In this document: one piece after another, positions 1 through 9,067 of the stretch
Numbering within the stretch: the first letter of the stretch is position 1
How the letters are laid out: every line of letters begins with the position of its first letter
DNA from: Corynebacterium amycolatum
GTDB lineage: Bacteria > Actinomycetota > Actinomycetes > Mycobacteriales > Mycobacteriaceae
Length of the DNA stretch: 32,000 bases
Strand: one strand, 5' to 3'
NCBI RefSeq assembly: GCF_049243625.1
Contig: NZ_CP046975.1
Made by a program: the position numbers and the translations under genes
Notes under the pieces: generated by a model
Told to the model about the DNA's origin: nothing
Seen by the model: only the letters and a program-made list of their open reading frames with translations
Databases searched by the model: none

Positions 1-454
1 GCCCGTCATCATTGCGTGATCCGCCTTTCACACCGCGGCGTTCAGCAATCTTCCGCAACGCGGAGCTGAACAAAAAGGTGTGTTCAGCTGTCTCGTTTGT
101 GGCGATGTCGCAATACTCGTCGGCAAGCGAATGGCGAATCGGTTGTTGCTCGATGACCAGCGCGACAGGGGCGGACAGCTTGTCGGCCAGCTCCTCGTGA
201 CATTGCGAAAACGCCTCGCGCACAGCGGTTTCGCGCACGCCCCTGCGCAATCGCGCGCAGATTATCGATGGCCGTTTCTCGCGCTCAAGCGCCTTGGCGA
301 CGCACACCTCCGCACCGCTCGTGTGTGTGGTGTCCGAGTGCGCGACCTGCCGTGCTGACAGCCAGTCCACCACAGCGGCGCGCAACGACGACGATGTAGA
401 TCCTGTTGACGGCTGTGTTGTTTCCGTGACGTCACTTGCGGAAATAAGGTCCAT
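1..454 (-). CDS. hypothetical protein, N-terminal part only (gene runs off the left edge)
   Basis: Absent from the ORF track because it has no stop in the window. My manual reverse-complement translation is open from ATG 454..452 to position 1. GGGAGGGG lies about 10 nt upstream and there is an in-frame TAA further upstream. It reads MDLISASDVTETTQPSTGSTSSSLRAAVVDWLSARQVAHSD...ALRKIAERRGVKGGSRNDDG. No family recognised. Confidence 0.4.
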   Translation of the reverse strand, partial: MDLISASDVTETTQPSTGSTSSSLRAAVVDWLSARQVAHSDTTHTSGAEVCVAKALEREKRPSIICARLRRGVRETAVREAFSQCHEELADKLSAPVALVIEQQPIRHSLADEYCDIATNETAEHTFLFSSALRKIAERRGVKGGSRNDDG

Positions 455-744
455 TCGGCCTAGTCCCCTCCCATAAATCCCCTGCGTGGTTTAGTTAAAA
501 AACCTGCGTAACCCCCATACGGCCTGTGGGCCAGAATCCGCGCCCTGAAACACTGCGTTAGGCAGACCCCAAGCACCGCTTCAACCAACGAATAAGCGCG
601 GCTTCGCGTTCAGCCTACAGCGGACCGCGGATTCGGCAAGTCGACAAAACAACTTGCCTCGCCGTGCCGCCAGTTCGGGACGACGCGGCATCGTCAACCG
701 AAGTGAAACCGCCAGGACAACAACAAAAATCCTAGGGGCAATGA

Positions 745-1629
745 TTGGATAGTTGGCCGATGTCGTGGACAATAGGGAACGTGACTACTTCTGATTTTTC
801 TGAAAATATCGAACAGCCTGCGGTTTCGCAGGAATCTGAACCATTGCCAACTCACGGAGACGAGCAGGCGGAACAGCCGCATGAGCGCCAGCCGAAGAAG
901 GGCGAATTGCCTGCAGGTCGTCCGGAAAAGACCCAATTCGACGACGGTCTTGACTACCCGCGCATCGGCAATCTGTCCTTCCGCCGCGGCACTTTGACCC
1001 CCAACCAGGAAAGAATCTGGGAAGACAACTGGGACACTTACGGCAAGGTCCTCTCCGACGAAGTCATTGACGTGGAGGAATGGTTTGGCCGCAAGGGCCC
1101 GACCATCGTCGAGATTGGCTGCGGCACCGGCACGTCCACCGTGGCTATGGCTCCGCAAGAACCGGACCACAACATCATCGCAGTTGAGCTTTACCGCCCT
1201 GGCCTGGCGAAACTGCTCTCTGCCACCGTGCGCAATGAGGTGTCGAACATCCGCATGGTCCGCGGCGACGGCGTCGAGGTTTTGCAGCGCATGATCGAGC
1301 CGGAGTCGCTGGCCGGCGTGCGCCTGTTCTTCCCGGACCCGTGGCCGAAGGCACGCCATCACAAGCGCCGCATTGTGCAGTCCGGCACGTTGCGCCTGAT
1401 TTCTTCGCGTCTGAAGCCTGGCGGCATATTCCACGCCGCCACTGACCATGCGGACTACGCCGAGTGGATCGAAGAACTTCGCGATGTCGAGCCGACGCTG
1501 GAGCCCATCGCCTGGCCATGGCCGGAATCTCCCATGCTTCTCGACCGACCGACGACCAAGTTCGAAGCCCGCGGCCTGAACCTCGACCACGACATCCACG
1601 AGTTCATCTGGCGCAAGAAAGAGGCATAG
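745..1629 (+). CDS. trmB: tRNA (guanine-N7)-methyltransferase TrmB
   Basis: 294-aa ORF with the SAM-binding motif [16 protein letters not shown] and the TrmB signature [15 protein letters not shown]. It has an acidic N-terminal extension typical of actinobacterial TrmB. The exact start is uncertain; an in-frame GTG at 781 is an alternative. Confidence 0.9.
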   Translation: MDSWPMSWTIGNVTTSDFSENIEQPAVSQESEPLPTHGDEQAEQPHERQPKKGELPAGRPEKTQFDDGLDYPRIGNLSFRRGTLTPNQERIWEDNWDTYGKVLSDEVIDVEEWFGRKGPTIVEIGCGTGTSTVAMAPQEPDHNIIAVELYRPGLAKLLSATVRNEVSNIRMVRGDGVEVLQRMIEPESLAGVRLFFPDPWPKARHHKRRIVQSGTLRLISSRLKPGGIFHAATDHADYAEWIEELRDVEPTLEPIAWPWPESPMLLDRPTTKFEARGLNLDHDIHEFIWRKKEA

Positions 1630-1634
1630 GAACC

Positions 1635-2318
1635 ATGAGCACCACACAGAACACCTCTGCCAGCTACAACACTGCTGAAACGCATCCCACCGCACTGCTT
1701 GTGTGGGATGCCCCGAACTTGGACATGGGGCTCGGCGCCATCCTGGGTTCCCGCCCGACCGCCGCGCACCGCCCGCGCTTCGACGCCGTGGGTAAATGGC
1801 TTATCGACGAAGCCGAACGCGTATCCAAGAAAATCGGTTCCGATGTCCTCCCCGAGGCCACGGTATTCACCAACGTTAACCCGGGCTCTGCGGAGATTGT
1901 CCGCCCCTGGGTCGAGGCGCTGCGCAATGTCGGTTTCGCGGTCTTCGCAAAGCCGAAGATTGAAGAGGACACCGACGTTGACCCGGACATGATTGCGCAC
2001 ATCCAACGGCGTTACGACGAAGGCGTGTTGCGCAGTGTCGTCGTTGCGTCCGCCGATGGCCAGAACTTCCAAGAGCTGCTGGAAAAGCTCGCCTCCGAGG
2101 GGATTCCGGTAACCGTCATCGGTTTTCACGAGCATGCTTCCTGGGCGCTGGCCTCCGATGCGATTCGCTTCGTTGACCTGGAGGAAATCAAGGGCGTCTT
2201 CCGTGAGCCGCTACCCCGTATCGACCTCGACCGCCTACCGGATGGCGGTGCGTGGCTGCAGCCGTTCCGTCCGCTCACGTCGTTGCTCAAAGAGCGCGAC
2301 GGTAAGAACGACGACTAG
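1635..2318 (+). CDS. NYN (LabA/PIN-like) domain protein, Rv0207c-like
   Basis: ATG at 1635 lies 5 nt after the trmB stop; the track's longer 1464 start overlaps trmB. Motifs LLVWDAPNLDMGLG, DTDVDPDMI and VVVASADGQNF..GIPVTVIGF fit an NYN nuclease-like fold. trmB-NYN adjacency is as in mycobacteria (Rv0208c/Rv0207c). Confidence 0.8.
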   Translation: MSTTQNTSASYNTAETHPTALLVWDAPNLDMGLGAILGSRPTAAHRPRFDAVGKWLIDEAERVSKKIGSDVLPEATVFTNVNPGSAEIVRPWVEALRNVGFAVFAKPKIEEDTDVDPDMIAHIQRRYDEGVLRSVVVASADGQNFQELLEKLASEGIPVTVIGFHEHASWALASDAIRFVDLEEIKGVFREPLPRIDLDRLPDGGAWLQPFRPLTSLLKERDGKNDD

Positions 2319-2365
2319 GGAGACCACCGCCGCGACGAACAGGAAGACGAACAGGCTTCTTTTTT

Positions 2366-3409
2366 ATGTCACGACTTAAAAATGTCCTCAAAACCGGCAA
2401 TTCGAGCTGGCTACGATCGATAATCCTCGTACCCCTCGTGATTGCCGGTATCGTCCTGACGGTAAGAAACTGGGACAGTGTCGTCCAAGGGCTGCACATT
2501 CTTGCAGATGTTGACGCTAAGTGGCTGTTCATCTCCATTTTTTCCGTGGCTTTTTCGCTCTACGCGATGGCGGAAGTGATGCGTCTGCTGTTGCGAGCTG
2601 GAGGCGTAAAAGCAGCCACTCGCCGCAGCACCAATGCGTTAACCCTCGCATCCAACGCGTGGGCGGTCACCGTTCCCGGTGGTGCTGCATTTTCCACGGC
2701 GCTGCAGATTAAGCGCATGATGCAGTGGGGCGCATCCGCGGTCCTTGTCAGCTGGTTTGTGCTTTTTTCGGGTGCGTTGTCGTTTTTAGGTCTGGCATTT
2801 CTGGGGCTTGGCAGCCTCTTCTTCGTAGGGCAGGGCGGCACGACCGCAGTGCTCATCGCTATGGCAATTGTGGTGTTACTAGCCACCATTTTGCTGTGGC
2901 GGATTTCGCAGAACCCAGCTTTCCTCAACAAGGCGGGTGCATGGTGTCTACGTGTCTTTAACAAGATTCGAAAGAAGCCCGCAGACACCGATGTCGACCG
3001 ACTTGAAGAGTCCATCAAACAGCTGACCAGCGTGAAGTTGCCCGTGCAAACTTTAGCTCTTTCCTTCACCTGGTCCTTTATCAACTGGGTCGCGGAAATT
3101 GTCTGTCTCTACGCCGCCATCCGGGCCGTTGGTGTCGATGACATCTCCGCTACGAAGGTGCTGCTGGCCTTCGTAACCGGCAAGCTCGCGGGTTTCATCC
3201 AGGCCACACCGGGCGGCATCGGCACTGTCGAGGCCGCTTTGACTGCGGCTCTCATCGCAGGCGGCACCACCGGCGCCGAGGCTTTTGCAGCGGTGCTGGT
3301 CTACCGCATCGTTTCCTTCGTCCTGGTGGCAATTGTGGGCTGGATTATCTACGCCCTCGGCTTCGACCACAAGGATCAGTCCGAGCATCAGCCTGTCGCT
3401 GACCGCTGA
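2366..3409 (+). CDS. polytopic membrane protein, lysylphosphatidylglycerol-synthase TM-region / flippase-like (UPF0104) family
   Basis: 347 aa with multiple hydrophobic segments and a C-terminal ATPGGIGTVEAALTAALIAGG motif typical of the UPF0104/LPG_synthase_TM family. Confidence 0.7.
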   Translation: MSRLKNVLKTGNSSWLRSIILVPLVIAGIVLTVRNWDSVVQGLHILADVDAKWLFISIFSVAFSLYAMAEVMRLLLRAGGVKAATRRSTNALTLASNAWAVTVPGGAAFSTALQIKRMMQWGASAVLVSWFVLFSGALSFLGLAFLGLGSLFFVGQGGTTAVLIAMAIVVLLATILLWRISQNPAFLNKAGAWCLRVFNKIRKKPADTDVDRLEESIKQLTSVKLPVQTLALSFTWSFINWVAEIVCLYAAIRAVGVDDISATKVLLAFVTGKLAGFIQATPGGIGTVEAALTAALIAGGTTGAEAFAAVLVYRIVSFVLVAIVGWIIYALGFDHKDQSEHQPVADR

Positions 3410-3471
3410 TGGCTTCCTCGCCGCTGGTCGCTGGTCACCCACCGATCTGCGGGGTCGCTAGACTAAGAAGC

Positions 3472-3843
3472 ATGAACACACGCGTATCGACGTTCTTGAT
3501 TGACATCCTCGCCATCTTTATTTTCGCCGTGTTAGCGCGCCTGGCTCACAACACTCCCGAGGATCCTTTTACCTTCATCAATATCCTCGATACCTGGTGG
3601 CCGTTCGCAATCGGTGTCCTCCTGGGAACCGCGCTGATTAAGAATGAGCCGAACCCGCGTGCAGTGAGTTCAGGCGCAATTGTGTGGCTCGGTACTGTCG
3701 TCGTCGGCCTCGCTGTGTGGGCCACCCGCAATTCGGCAGTCCCGCACTGGTCCTTCATTCTGGTCGCCTCAGTCATGAGCGCCTTGCTGCTGCTGGGTTG
3801 GCGAGCAGCGTCGAATGCGGTTGCTCGTAAGTCTCTGGACTAA
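3472..3843 (+). CDS. small integral membrane protein, DUF3054-like
   Basis: MNTRVSTFLIDILAIFIFAVLARLAHNTPE... with four hydrophobic segments. The track ORF starts at 3409, in a TGATG overlap with the preceding stop. Those first 21 codons include rare AGA/CTA codons, so I prefer ATG 3472; 3409 remains possible. Confidence 0.6.
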   Translation: MNTRVSTFLIDILAIFIFAVLARLAHNTPEDPFTFINILDTWWPFAIGVLLGTALIKNEPNPRAVSSGAIVWLGTVVVGLAVWATRNSAVPHWSFILVASVMSALLLLGWRAASNAVARKSLD

Positions 3844-3930
3844 GCCTTCGGACCCGTTCCTAACCCTTCGGTTTAGTTCACTGACTAAATCTGGTTTTTA
3901 ATTTTTGCGCTGCGCCTCGATAATTGAAGA

Positions 3931-5457
3931 ATGGACAAATCTTCTGACGAGGCTCTCGGCAATCAACCAACTGCTGAGACCCAACGAAATCATAAGCCCG
4001 CAGGGTCCAGCGAAGAACGCACGTTCATGGGCCAACCGTGGGGTCTCGCCAACCTCTTCGGCATCGAAATGTGGGAGCGCTTCAGCTTCTACGGCATGCA
4101 GGCCATCCTGGCTTTCTACATGTACCACGAGACCACTCAGGGCGGTCTCGGCCTGGACAAGGGTGCTGCTACCTCCATCGTCGGTGCTTACGGCGGTCTT
4201 GTCTACATGGCCGCACTCGTTGCCTCTCTGGTTGCCGACCGTATCCTTGGCTCGGAGCGGACACTGTTCTACTCCGCCATCCTGGTCATGATTGGCCACA
4301 TCTCCTTGGCATTCATCCCCGGCGTGATTGGCCTGGCTATTGGCCTTGTCTCCATCGCAATCGGCTCTGGCGGCGTGAAGACCAACGCACAGGTCGTGCT
4401 GGGTCAGCTCTACGCCAAGGACGACCCGCGTCGTGATGCCGGCTTCTCCATCTTTTACATGGGCGTCAATATCGGCGCCCTGTTCGGCCCACTGCTCACC
4501 GGCTGGATTTGGGGCATGAAGGGCTTCCACTGGGGCTTCGGCCTTGCCGCTATCGGTATGGCTGCCGGCCTGGTTCAGTACATCCTGATGCGCAAGTCCA
4601 CCATCGCCGAGGCTGGCCATGAGATTCCGAACCCGCTGCCGAAGAAGCAGTACCCGGTATGGATTGGCATTGCAGTAATCATCACTGTTGTCTCGGTTAC
4701 GCTGGTTTCCACCGGAATTGTTCCGGTCACTTCTCTTTCCACTGTGGTCACAGTGATTGCACTGATCGCCGCTGTGGTGCTGTGGTGGCAGATGTACTCC
4801 TCGCCACTTACGACGAAATCGGAGAAGACTCGTCTGGTCGGCTTCATCCCGATGTTCGTCTCAGGCGTGCTGTTCTTCGGTATCTTCCAGCAGCAGTTCA
4901 CGGTGCTGGCCATCTACTCAGATATCCGCCTCGACCGCGAGATCTTCGGTTGGGAAATGTCTCCAGCCTGGATTAACTCGATCAACCCAATCTTCATCAT
5001 CGCCTTCTCGATGGTCTTTGCAGCCGCCTGGTCCAAGCTTGGTGACCGTCAGTGGTCCACCCCAGTCAAGTTCGGCGTCGCCAACATCATCATCGGTATC
5101 TCGCTGTTCTTCTTCATTCCATTCTCTGGTGGCGGTGAAAACTCCACTCCGCTGTATGCGATTATCTGGATTCTCTTCCTGTTCACCATGGGCGAGCTCA
5201 TGCTGAGCCCGGTCGGCAACGCCCTTGCTACCAAGGTCGCTCCGGCAGCATTCCCGTCGCGCATGATGGCCGTCTGGCTGATGGCAATCGCTATGGGTAC
5301 TTCGCTGGCAGGCACCCTGGCCGGCTTCTACAACTACGAAGACGCCGCTGCTGAGAACACCTTCTTCATCACCCTGGGCATCGCCTCTGTTGTCCTGGGC
5401 CTGATTCTGCTCGCACTGCGCAAGTGGATTGTCAAGGAGTTCGTCGACGTCCGATAG
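3931..5457 (+). CDS. dtpT: proton-dependent oligopeptide transporter (POT/PTR2 family, DtpT-like)
   Basis: 508 aa, about 12-14 TM segments, with the hallmark N-terminal motif FMGQPWGLANLFGIEMWERFSFYGMQAILAFYMY. Confidence 0.9.
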   Translation: MDKSSDEALGNQPTAETQRNHKPAGSSEERTFMGQPWGLANLFGIEMWERFSFYGMQAILAFYMYHETTQGGLGLDKGAATSIVGAYGGLVYMAALVASLVADRILGSERTLFYSAILVMIGHISLAFIPGVIGLAIGLVSIAIGSGGVKTNAQVVLGQLYAKDDPRRDAGFSIFYMGVNIGALFGPLLTGWIWGMKGFHWGFGLAAIGMAAGLVQYILMRKSTIAEAGHEIPNPLPKKQYPVWIGIAVIITVVSVTLVSTGIVPVTSLSTVVTVIALIAAVVLWWQMYSSPLTTKSEKTRLVGFIPMFVSGVLFFGIFQQQFTVLAIYSDIRLDREIFGWEMSPAWINSINPIFIIAFSMVFAAAWSKLGDRQWSTPVKFGVANIIIGISLFFFIPFSGGGENSTPLYAIIWILFLFTMGELMLSPVGNALATKVAPAAFPSRMMAVWLMAIAMGTSLAGTLAGFYNYEDAAAENTFFITLGIASVVLGLILLALRKWIVKEFVDVR

Positions 5458-5520
5458 GGCTGTAAGGCTGGCCCTCGCTCTGACACAGCCCACGCCCACG
5501 CTCTCCCCTCTCTCCCCCCC

Positions 5521-5592
5521 CACTTCACGACACCTATGTCACCTCATGCCACCTCCACAGCTGGCACAAGGTGCCACGGGTGTCGTGAAGTG
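5521..5592 (+). other. long stem-loop / inverted repeat in the dtpT-ACT intergenic region
   Basis: CACTTCACGACACC (5521-5534) is the exact reverse complement of GGTGTCGTGAAGTG (5579-5592), a 14-bp perfect match. Nested inside is TGGCAC-AAG-GTGCCA (5562-5576). A C8 run (5514-5521) directly precedes it. Confidence 0.6.
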
Positions 5593-5691
5593 TCTTCAGC
5601 GGTCCCCGAACATGCTTCGCCACAAACTTGCCACCAGCACGACCGCCATCCACAGATTTTCGCCACCTCCCCACCGGCTAAAATTGAGGCC

Positions 5692-5961
5692 ATGTTTGCC
5701 ATCATTACCGTCACCGGCGAGGATCACACCGGCATCATCGCCGCCGTCACCACTGCTCTGGCGGAGCAGGACGTCAACATCGTCGATGTTTCCCAGACCC
5801 TCATGGATAAATGGTTCACCATGATCCTGCGGGTGGAGTTCAACGAGAAGGCCACTCCCATCAGCACGCTGCAGGGTTATATGGATTCCGTCGGCAAGCG
5901 GGAGGGGCTTGTGATTCGAATCCAGTCTGAGGCGCTGTTCAACGCCGTCAACGAGATTTAA
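5692..5961 (+). CDS. ACT domain protein (UPF0237 family)
   Basis: [50 protein letters not shown] is a classic UPF0237 ACT protein. ATG 5692 is preceded by GAGG. The longer 5536 start in the track runs through the inverted repeat and looks non-coding. Confidence 0.85.
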   Translation: MFAIITVTGEDHTGIIAAVTTALAEQDVNIVDVSQTLMDKWFTMILRVEFNEKATPISTLQGYMDSVGKREGLVIRIQSEALFNAVNEI

Positions 5962-5975
5962 AGGGCGCGACCAGG

Positions 5976-7340
5976 ATGGATTTCAACTTCGCGCAATCTA
6001 AGTTTCTCGACACCATTGACATGATCGAGAAGTACCGTCTGGATATCCGGACGGTCACCATGGGAATTTCCCTGCTCAAGTGCTCTCGCTCTGAAATGGA
6101 AGCCACCGCACAGGCGGTGTATGACCGCGTAACCAGGCAGGCCGCTCGCCTCGTGGAGGTCTGCGAGGGGATCGAGGCGGAGCTGGGCATTCCGATTGTC
6201 AATAAGCGCATCTCCGTCACACCAGTTTCCCTCATCACGGCCGGTTGCGAAGGCGACCCCACCGTGGTGGCCAAGGCGCTCGACCGCGCCGCCCGCGATT
6301 CGGGCGTGAACTTCCTCGGCGGCTACTCGGCGCTCGTCGAAAAGGGTGCGACGACCAGCGAGAAGCGGCTCATCGACTCCATTCCCCACGCTCTGAGCGA
6401 GACCGAATTGGTGTGCAGCTCGGTCAACGTAGCGTCGTCACGCGCGGGCATCAACATGGATGCAGTGCGTCGCATGGGCGAGGTGGTGAAGGAAGCCGCG
6501 GCGCAAACCGCTGACCGCAGCTCGATTGCCTGCGCCAAGCTGGTGGTTTTCGCCAATGCGGTGGGCGACAATCCGTTCATGGCCGGCGCGTTCCACGGCG
6601 TCGGGGAGCCGGATTGCGTCGTGTCCGTCGGCGTTTCGGGTCCGGGTGTGGTCGATCGCGCCCTCGGCGATCTGGAGGGCGCCAGCTTCAACGAAGTCGC
6701 CGAGGAGATCAAGAAGGCGGCGTTCAAGATTACCCGCACGGGTCAGCTGGTCGGCACGATGGCATCGGAGCGCCTGGGCGTGCCCTTTGGCATCGTGGAT
6801 CTCTCGCTCGCGCCGACCGCTGAGATGGGTGACTCCGTCGCTCACATCCTCGAGCACATGGGGTTGGAGCAGGTCGGCACGCACGGCACCACTGCCGCGC
6901 TGGCGCTGCTTAACGACGCCGTCAAGAAAGGCGGCCTGATGGCTTGTTCACGCGTCGGCGGACTGTCCGGGTCGTTCATCCCGGTCTCTGAGGACAAGGG
7001 CATGATTGATGCTGTCCGTGCGGGGTCGATCAGTATGGACAAGCTGGAGGCGATGACCTCTATTTGTTCGGTGGGCTTCGACATGATCGCGATTCCTGGT
7101 GACACGCCTGCGACCACGATTTCCGGCATGATTGCCGACGAGGCCGCCATCGGTGTGATGAACCACAAAACCACCGCCGCCCGCCTCATTCCGGTGCCGG
7201 GTACCAAGCCGGGCGATGAGGTGAACTTCGGTGGTCTGCTCGGATATGCGCCGGTCATTGATGTCAATGCCAAGGGCAATGCCGAGTTCATTGCCCGTGG
7301 CGGCTACATCCCCGCCCCGGTGCACGGGTTCAGGAACTAG
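5976..7340 (+). CDS. UPF0210 (DUF711, 'PFL family') protein
   Basis: 454 aa starting ...[18 protein letters not shown]. It is the usual downstream partner of the UPF0237 ACT protein, with a 14-nt gap between them. Confidence 0.85.
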   Translation: MDFNFAQSKFLDTIDMIEKYRLDIRTVTMGISLLKCSRSEMEATAQAVYDRVTRQAARLVEVCEGIEAELGIPIVNKRISVTPVSLITAGCEGDPTVVAKALDRAARDSGVNFLGGYSALVEKGATTSEKRLIDSIPHALSETELVCSSVNVASSRAGINMDAVRRMGEVVKEAAAQTADRSSIACAKLVVFANAVGDNPFMAGAFHGVGEPDCVVSVGVSGPGVVDRALGDLEGASFNEVAEEIKKAAFKITRTGQLVGTMASERLGVPFGIVDLSLAPTAEMGDSVAHILEHMGLEQVGTHGTTAALALLNDAVKKGGLMACSRVGGLSGSFIPVSEDKGMIDAVRAGSISMDKLEAMTSICSVGFDMIAIPGDTPATTISGMIADEAAIGVMNHKTTAARLIPVPGTKPGDEVNFGGLLGYAPVIDVNAKGNAEFIARGGYIPAPVHGFRN

Positions 7341-7358
7341 CGGCTTCGGACGAGGCTC

Positions 7359-7916
7359 CTACGATTGCAGGCGGCGCCCATTAGCGTCATAGGCGTAGGA
7401 GCCACTACCGACGAGAATCAAAATGAACTCGATAAATGCCCAAATGCTGACGCCAATGATTAGGAAGAATCCGACCAGAAGGATAGCCGTAATCCAGCCG
7501 AATACCGTCAGTGCTAGTTGAATAGCGCCACGCGAGTTGTGCCCCAGGTAGAAGTTGTGAACACCGAGGGTACCCAGGAAGAAGGCAAGCAGAGCCGCTG
7601 CAATCTTGGACTTATCCGAGACAGGAGCACCTGCGCCCCCGTAGCCCTGGTGCGGGTTTGGGCCACCGAAGCCAGCGGAATACGCCGGCGCCTGCTGGTT
7701 TGGGTAACCACTCTGATACGGGTTCGAGTACCCGTTGTGGAAATTGTGCTGGCTCGGGTCCTCATAGCCCTGCCCCATGTTCGGCTGCTGCTGTGGGTAC
7801 GGATCCGAGTACGGCATACCGGAGCTGTAAGCACCCGAGCTGTCAGCGAACTTTCCCCGGGACCTCGGCATACCGTCTTCGTCGAAATCTCCATATGGGT
7901 TTGTCGGATTCGTCAT
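7359..7916 (-). CDS. TM2 domain membrane protein with a P/Q/Y/G-rich N-terminal region
   Basis: The C-terminal half SKIAAALLAFFLGTLGVHNFYLGHNSRGAIQLALTVFGWI fits a TM2 domain. The N-terminal ~100 aa are low complexity (PYPQQQPNMGQGYEDPSQHNFHNGYSNPYQSGYPNQQ). Confidence 0.8.
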   Translation of the reverse strand: MTNPTNPYGDFDEDGMPRSRGKFADSSGAYSSGMPYSDPYPQQQPNMGQGYEDPSQHNFHNGYSNPYQSGYPNQQAPAYSAGFGGPNPHQGYGGAGAPVSDKSKIAAALLAFFLGTLGVHNFYLGHNSRGAIQLALTVFGWITAILLVGFFLIIGVSIWAFIEFILILVGSGSYAYDANGRRLQS

Positions 7917-8135
7917 TGCACCCTACCTTTTCGACTAGATTATCCGGTCATGAACAGCAGTTCCTTGGGCGATAATAACCGGTTCTGTCAGACTGCTTCC
8001 TGCAATTTTTGTCAATTTCTTTCGACACTTTAGCGAACCTGTTGTTTTGAAACGTTAAACACCAGTTCTTGAGCAAGATTCTAACAGCAAGTACCCGTCG
8101 AGGTCGGGCGCGTCTCGCACATTTTTGAGCTACCT

Positions 8136-9062
8136 CTACCGTCGCGCCAGCGATTGTTCAATCAGTTCGCGAGTCCAGCCCTCAGTCCAGGCCAGCGGAG
8201 TCGTCCCCGGAATTGCCACATCATTCGTGGCGTAGGTCGCATGCGCACCCGCACCGGCAATCATCTCCTGCGCTCGCGCAATCGCATCAGCCACTGCCGG
8301 AGGAACATCACAGAAGGAATCCGATGGCACGCAGACATTCTGGACCTTGTCATTAAGAGGCCCAAAGCCGTCTCGTGGACCGCGCATCGTTGCGCCCGGA
8401 ACCACAGCCTGCACAATGCCGCCAAGCGGCTGCAATGACAGCTCGACACCCACACCAGCCAGCGGAACGCCTTGGTTCACGCCCTGATTGGGGTCACGCC
8501 GCGGGTCGCCCAACAGGGCCACGCCCGCGATGCGCTCGGCCGGAACGACACCGCGACCATTGCCGATGTCAGAGGCCAAATCACCTGCAATAGCCGCACC
8601 CTGGGAGAAGCCCATCAGGACGAAGTCTGTCAGCGGGCACTGCCCGTGTAAGTCAGCCATTTCCTTAGCGGTGACATCGCGCCCGACTGCCTGCGAATCA
8701 TCGTAAGTGAGTTGGTCGGGCAGCTGATGCGTCTTAATCTGTGCCGGGTACGGCGTAGTCCAGACCTTGACATCACCCTCCGAGTAGGACTGCGAAATCG
8801 AGTTCGTCAGGCCAAGCAGCAGCGAATGTGGGTTCGCGGTCGGGGCCATTGGGTCATCGTCAGCACGCGATTCCGCAGTTCCGGGCACCGCAATAACTTC
8901 TACCGCCGGGCACCACTCGGGCTGTTCGGCCAGAATCCCACCATCGTCGCCGGGGGTCGGTGGGGTTTGACCGCCTTGGTCGTCGTTAAGCCATTGCACT
9001 ACGCCGAAGCTAATAGCGGCCACCAGCACAATGACCGCCAGAATTGTCAGCACTTTACGCAT
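8136..9062 (-). CDS. secreted/membrane-anchored cutinase-family serine esterase (Rv3802c/Culp6-, ElrF-like)
   Basis: N-terminal anchor MRKVLTILAVIVLVAAI, nucleophile elbow GFSQGAA, and later Asp (SDSFCD) and His (GAHATY) motifs. ATG 9062 lies 5 nt after the upstream stop. The track start at 9074 is a TTG. Confidence 0.8.
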   Translation of the reverse strand: MRKVLTILAVIVLVAAISFGVVQWLNDDQGGQTPPTPGDDGGILAEQPEWCPAVEVIAVPGTAESRADDDPMAPTANPHSLLLGLTNSISQSYSEGDVKVWTTPYPAQIKTHQLPDQLTYDDSQAVGRDVTAKEMADLHGQCPLTDFVLMGFSQGAAIAGDLASDIGNGRGVVPAERIAGVALLGDPRRDPNQGVNQGVPLAGVGVELSLQPLGGIVQAVVPGATMRGPRDGFGPLNDKVQNVCVPSDSFCDVPPAVADAIARAQEMIAGAGAHATYATNDVAIPGTTPLAWTEGWTRELIEQSLARR

Positions 9063-9067
9063 GAGTG

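Noticed and set aside
481-560. Three CTGCGT words (483, 505, 553), a GGTTT-N7-AAACC hairpin, and a 7-bp hairpin at 635-658, all in the divergent region upstream of trmB.
   Set aside because: The motifs are short with irregular spacing and match no recognised regulator. They could easily arise by chance.
2341-2365. Weak hairpin AGGAAG-N9-CTTCTT followed by T-run after the NYN gene.
   Set aside because: The stem is only 6 bp with a G-U pair, and the T-run abuts the ATG of the next gene. This is insufficient to call a terminator.
5491-5521. C-rich tract (CTCTCCCCTCTCTCCCCCCCC) that recalled the actinobacterial 6C RNA.
   Set aside because: In 6C RNA the C-runs sit in the loops of two hairpins. 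Here the C-tract lies between stems, and I cannot fold it into that architecture by eye. This needs an Rfam scan, not a call from me.
5536-5691. N-terminal extension of the ACT ORF (track start 5536).
   Set aside because: The extension (MSPHATSTAGTRCHGCREV…) runs through the 14-bp inverted repeat and is rich in His, Cys and Pro. UPF0237 proteins are ~90 aa and begin at the MFAIITV-type sequence. ATG 5692 has a GAGG upstream.
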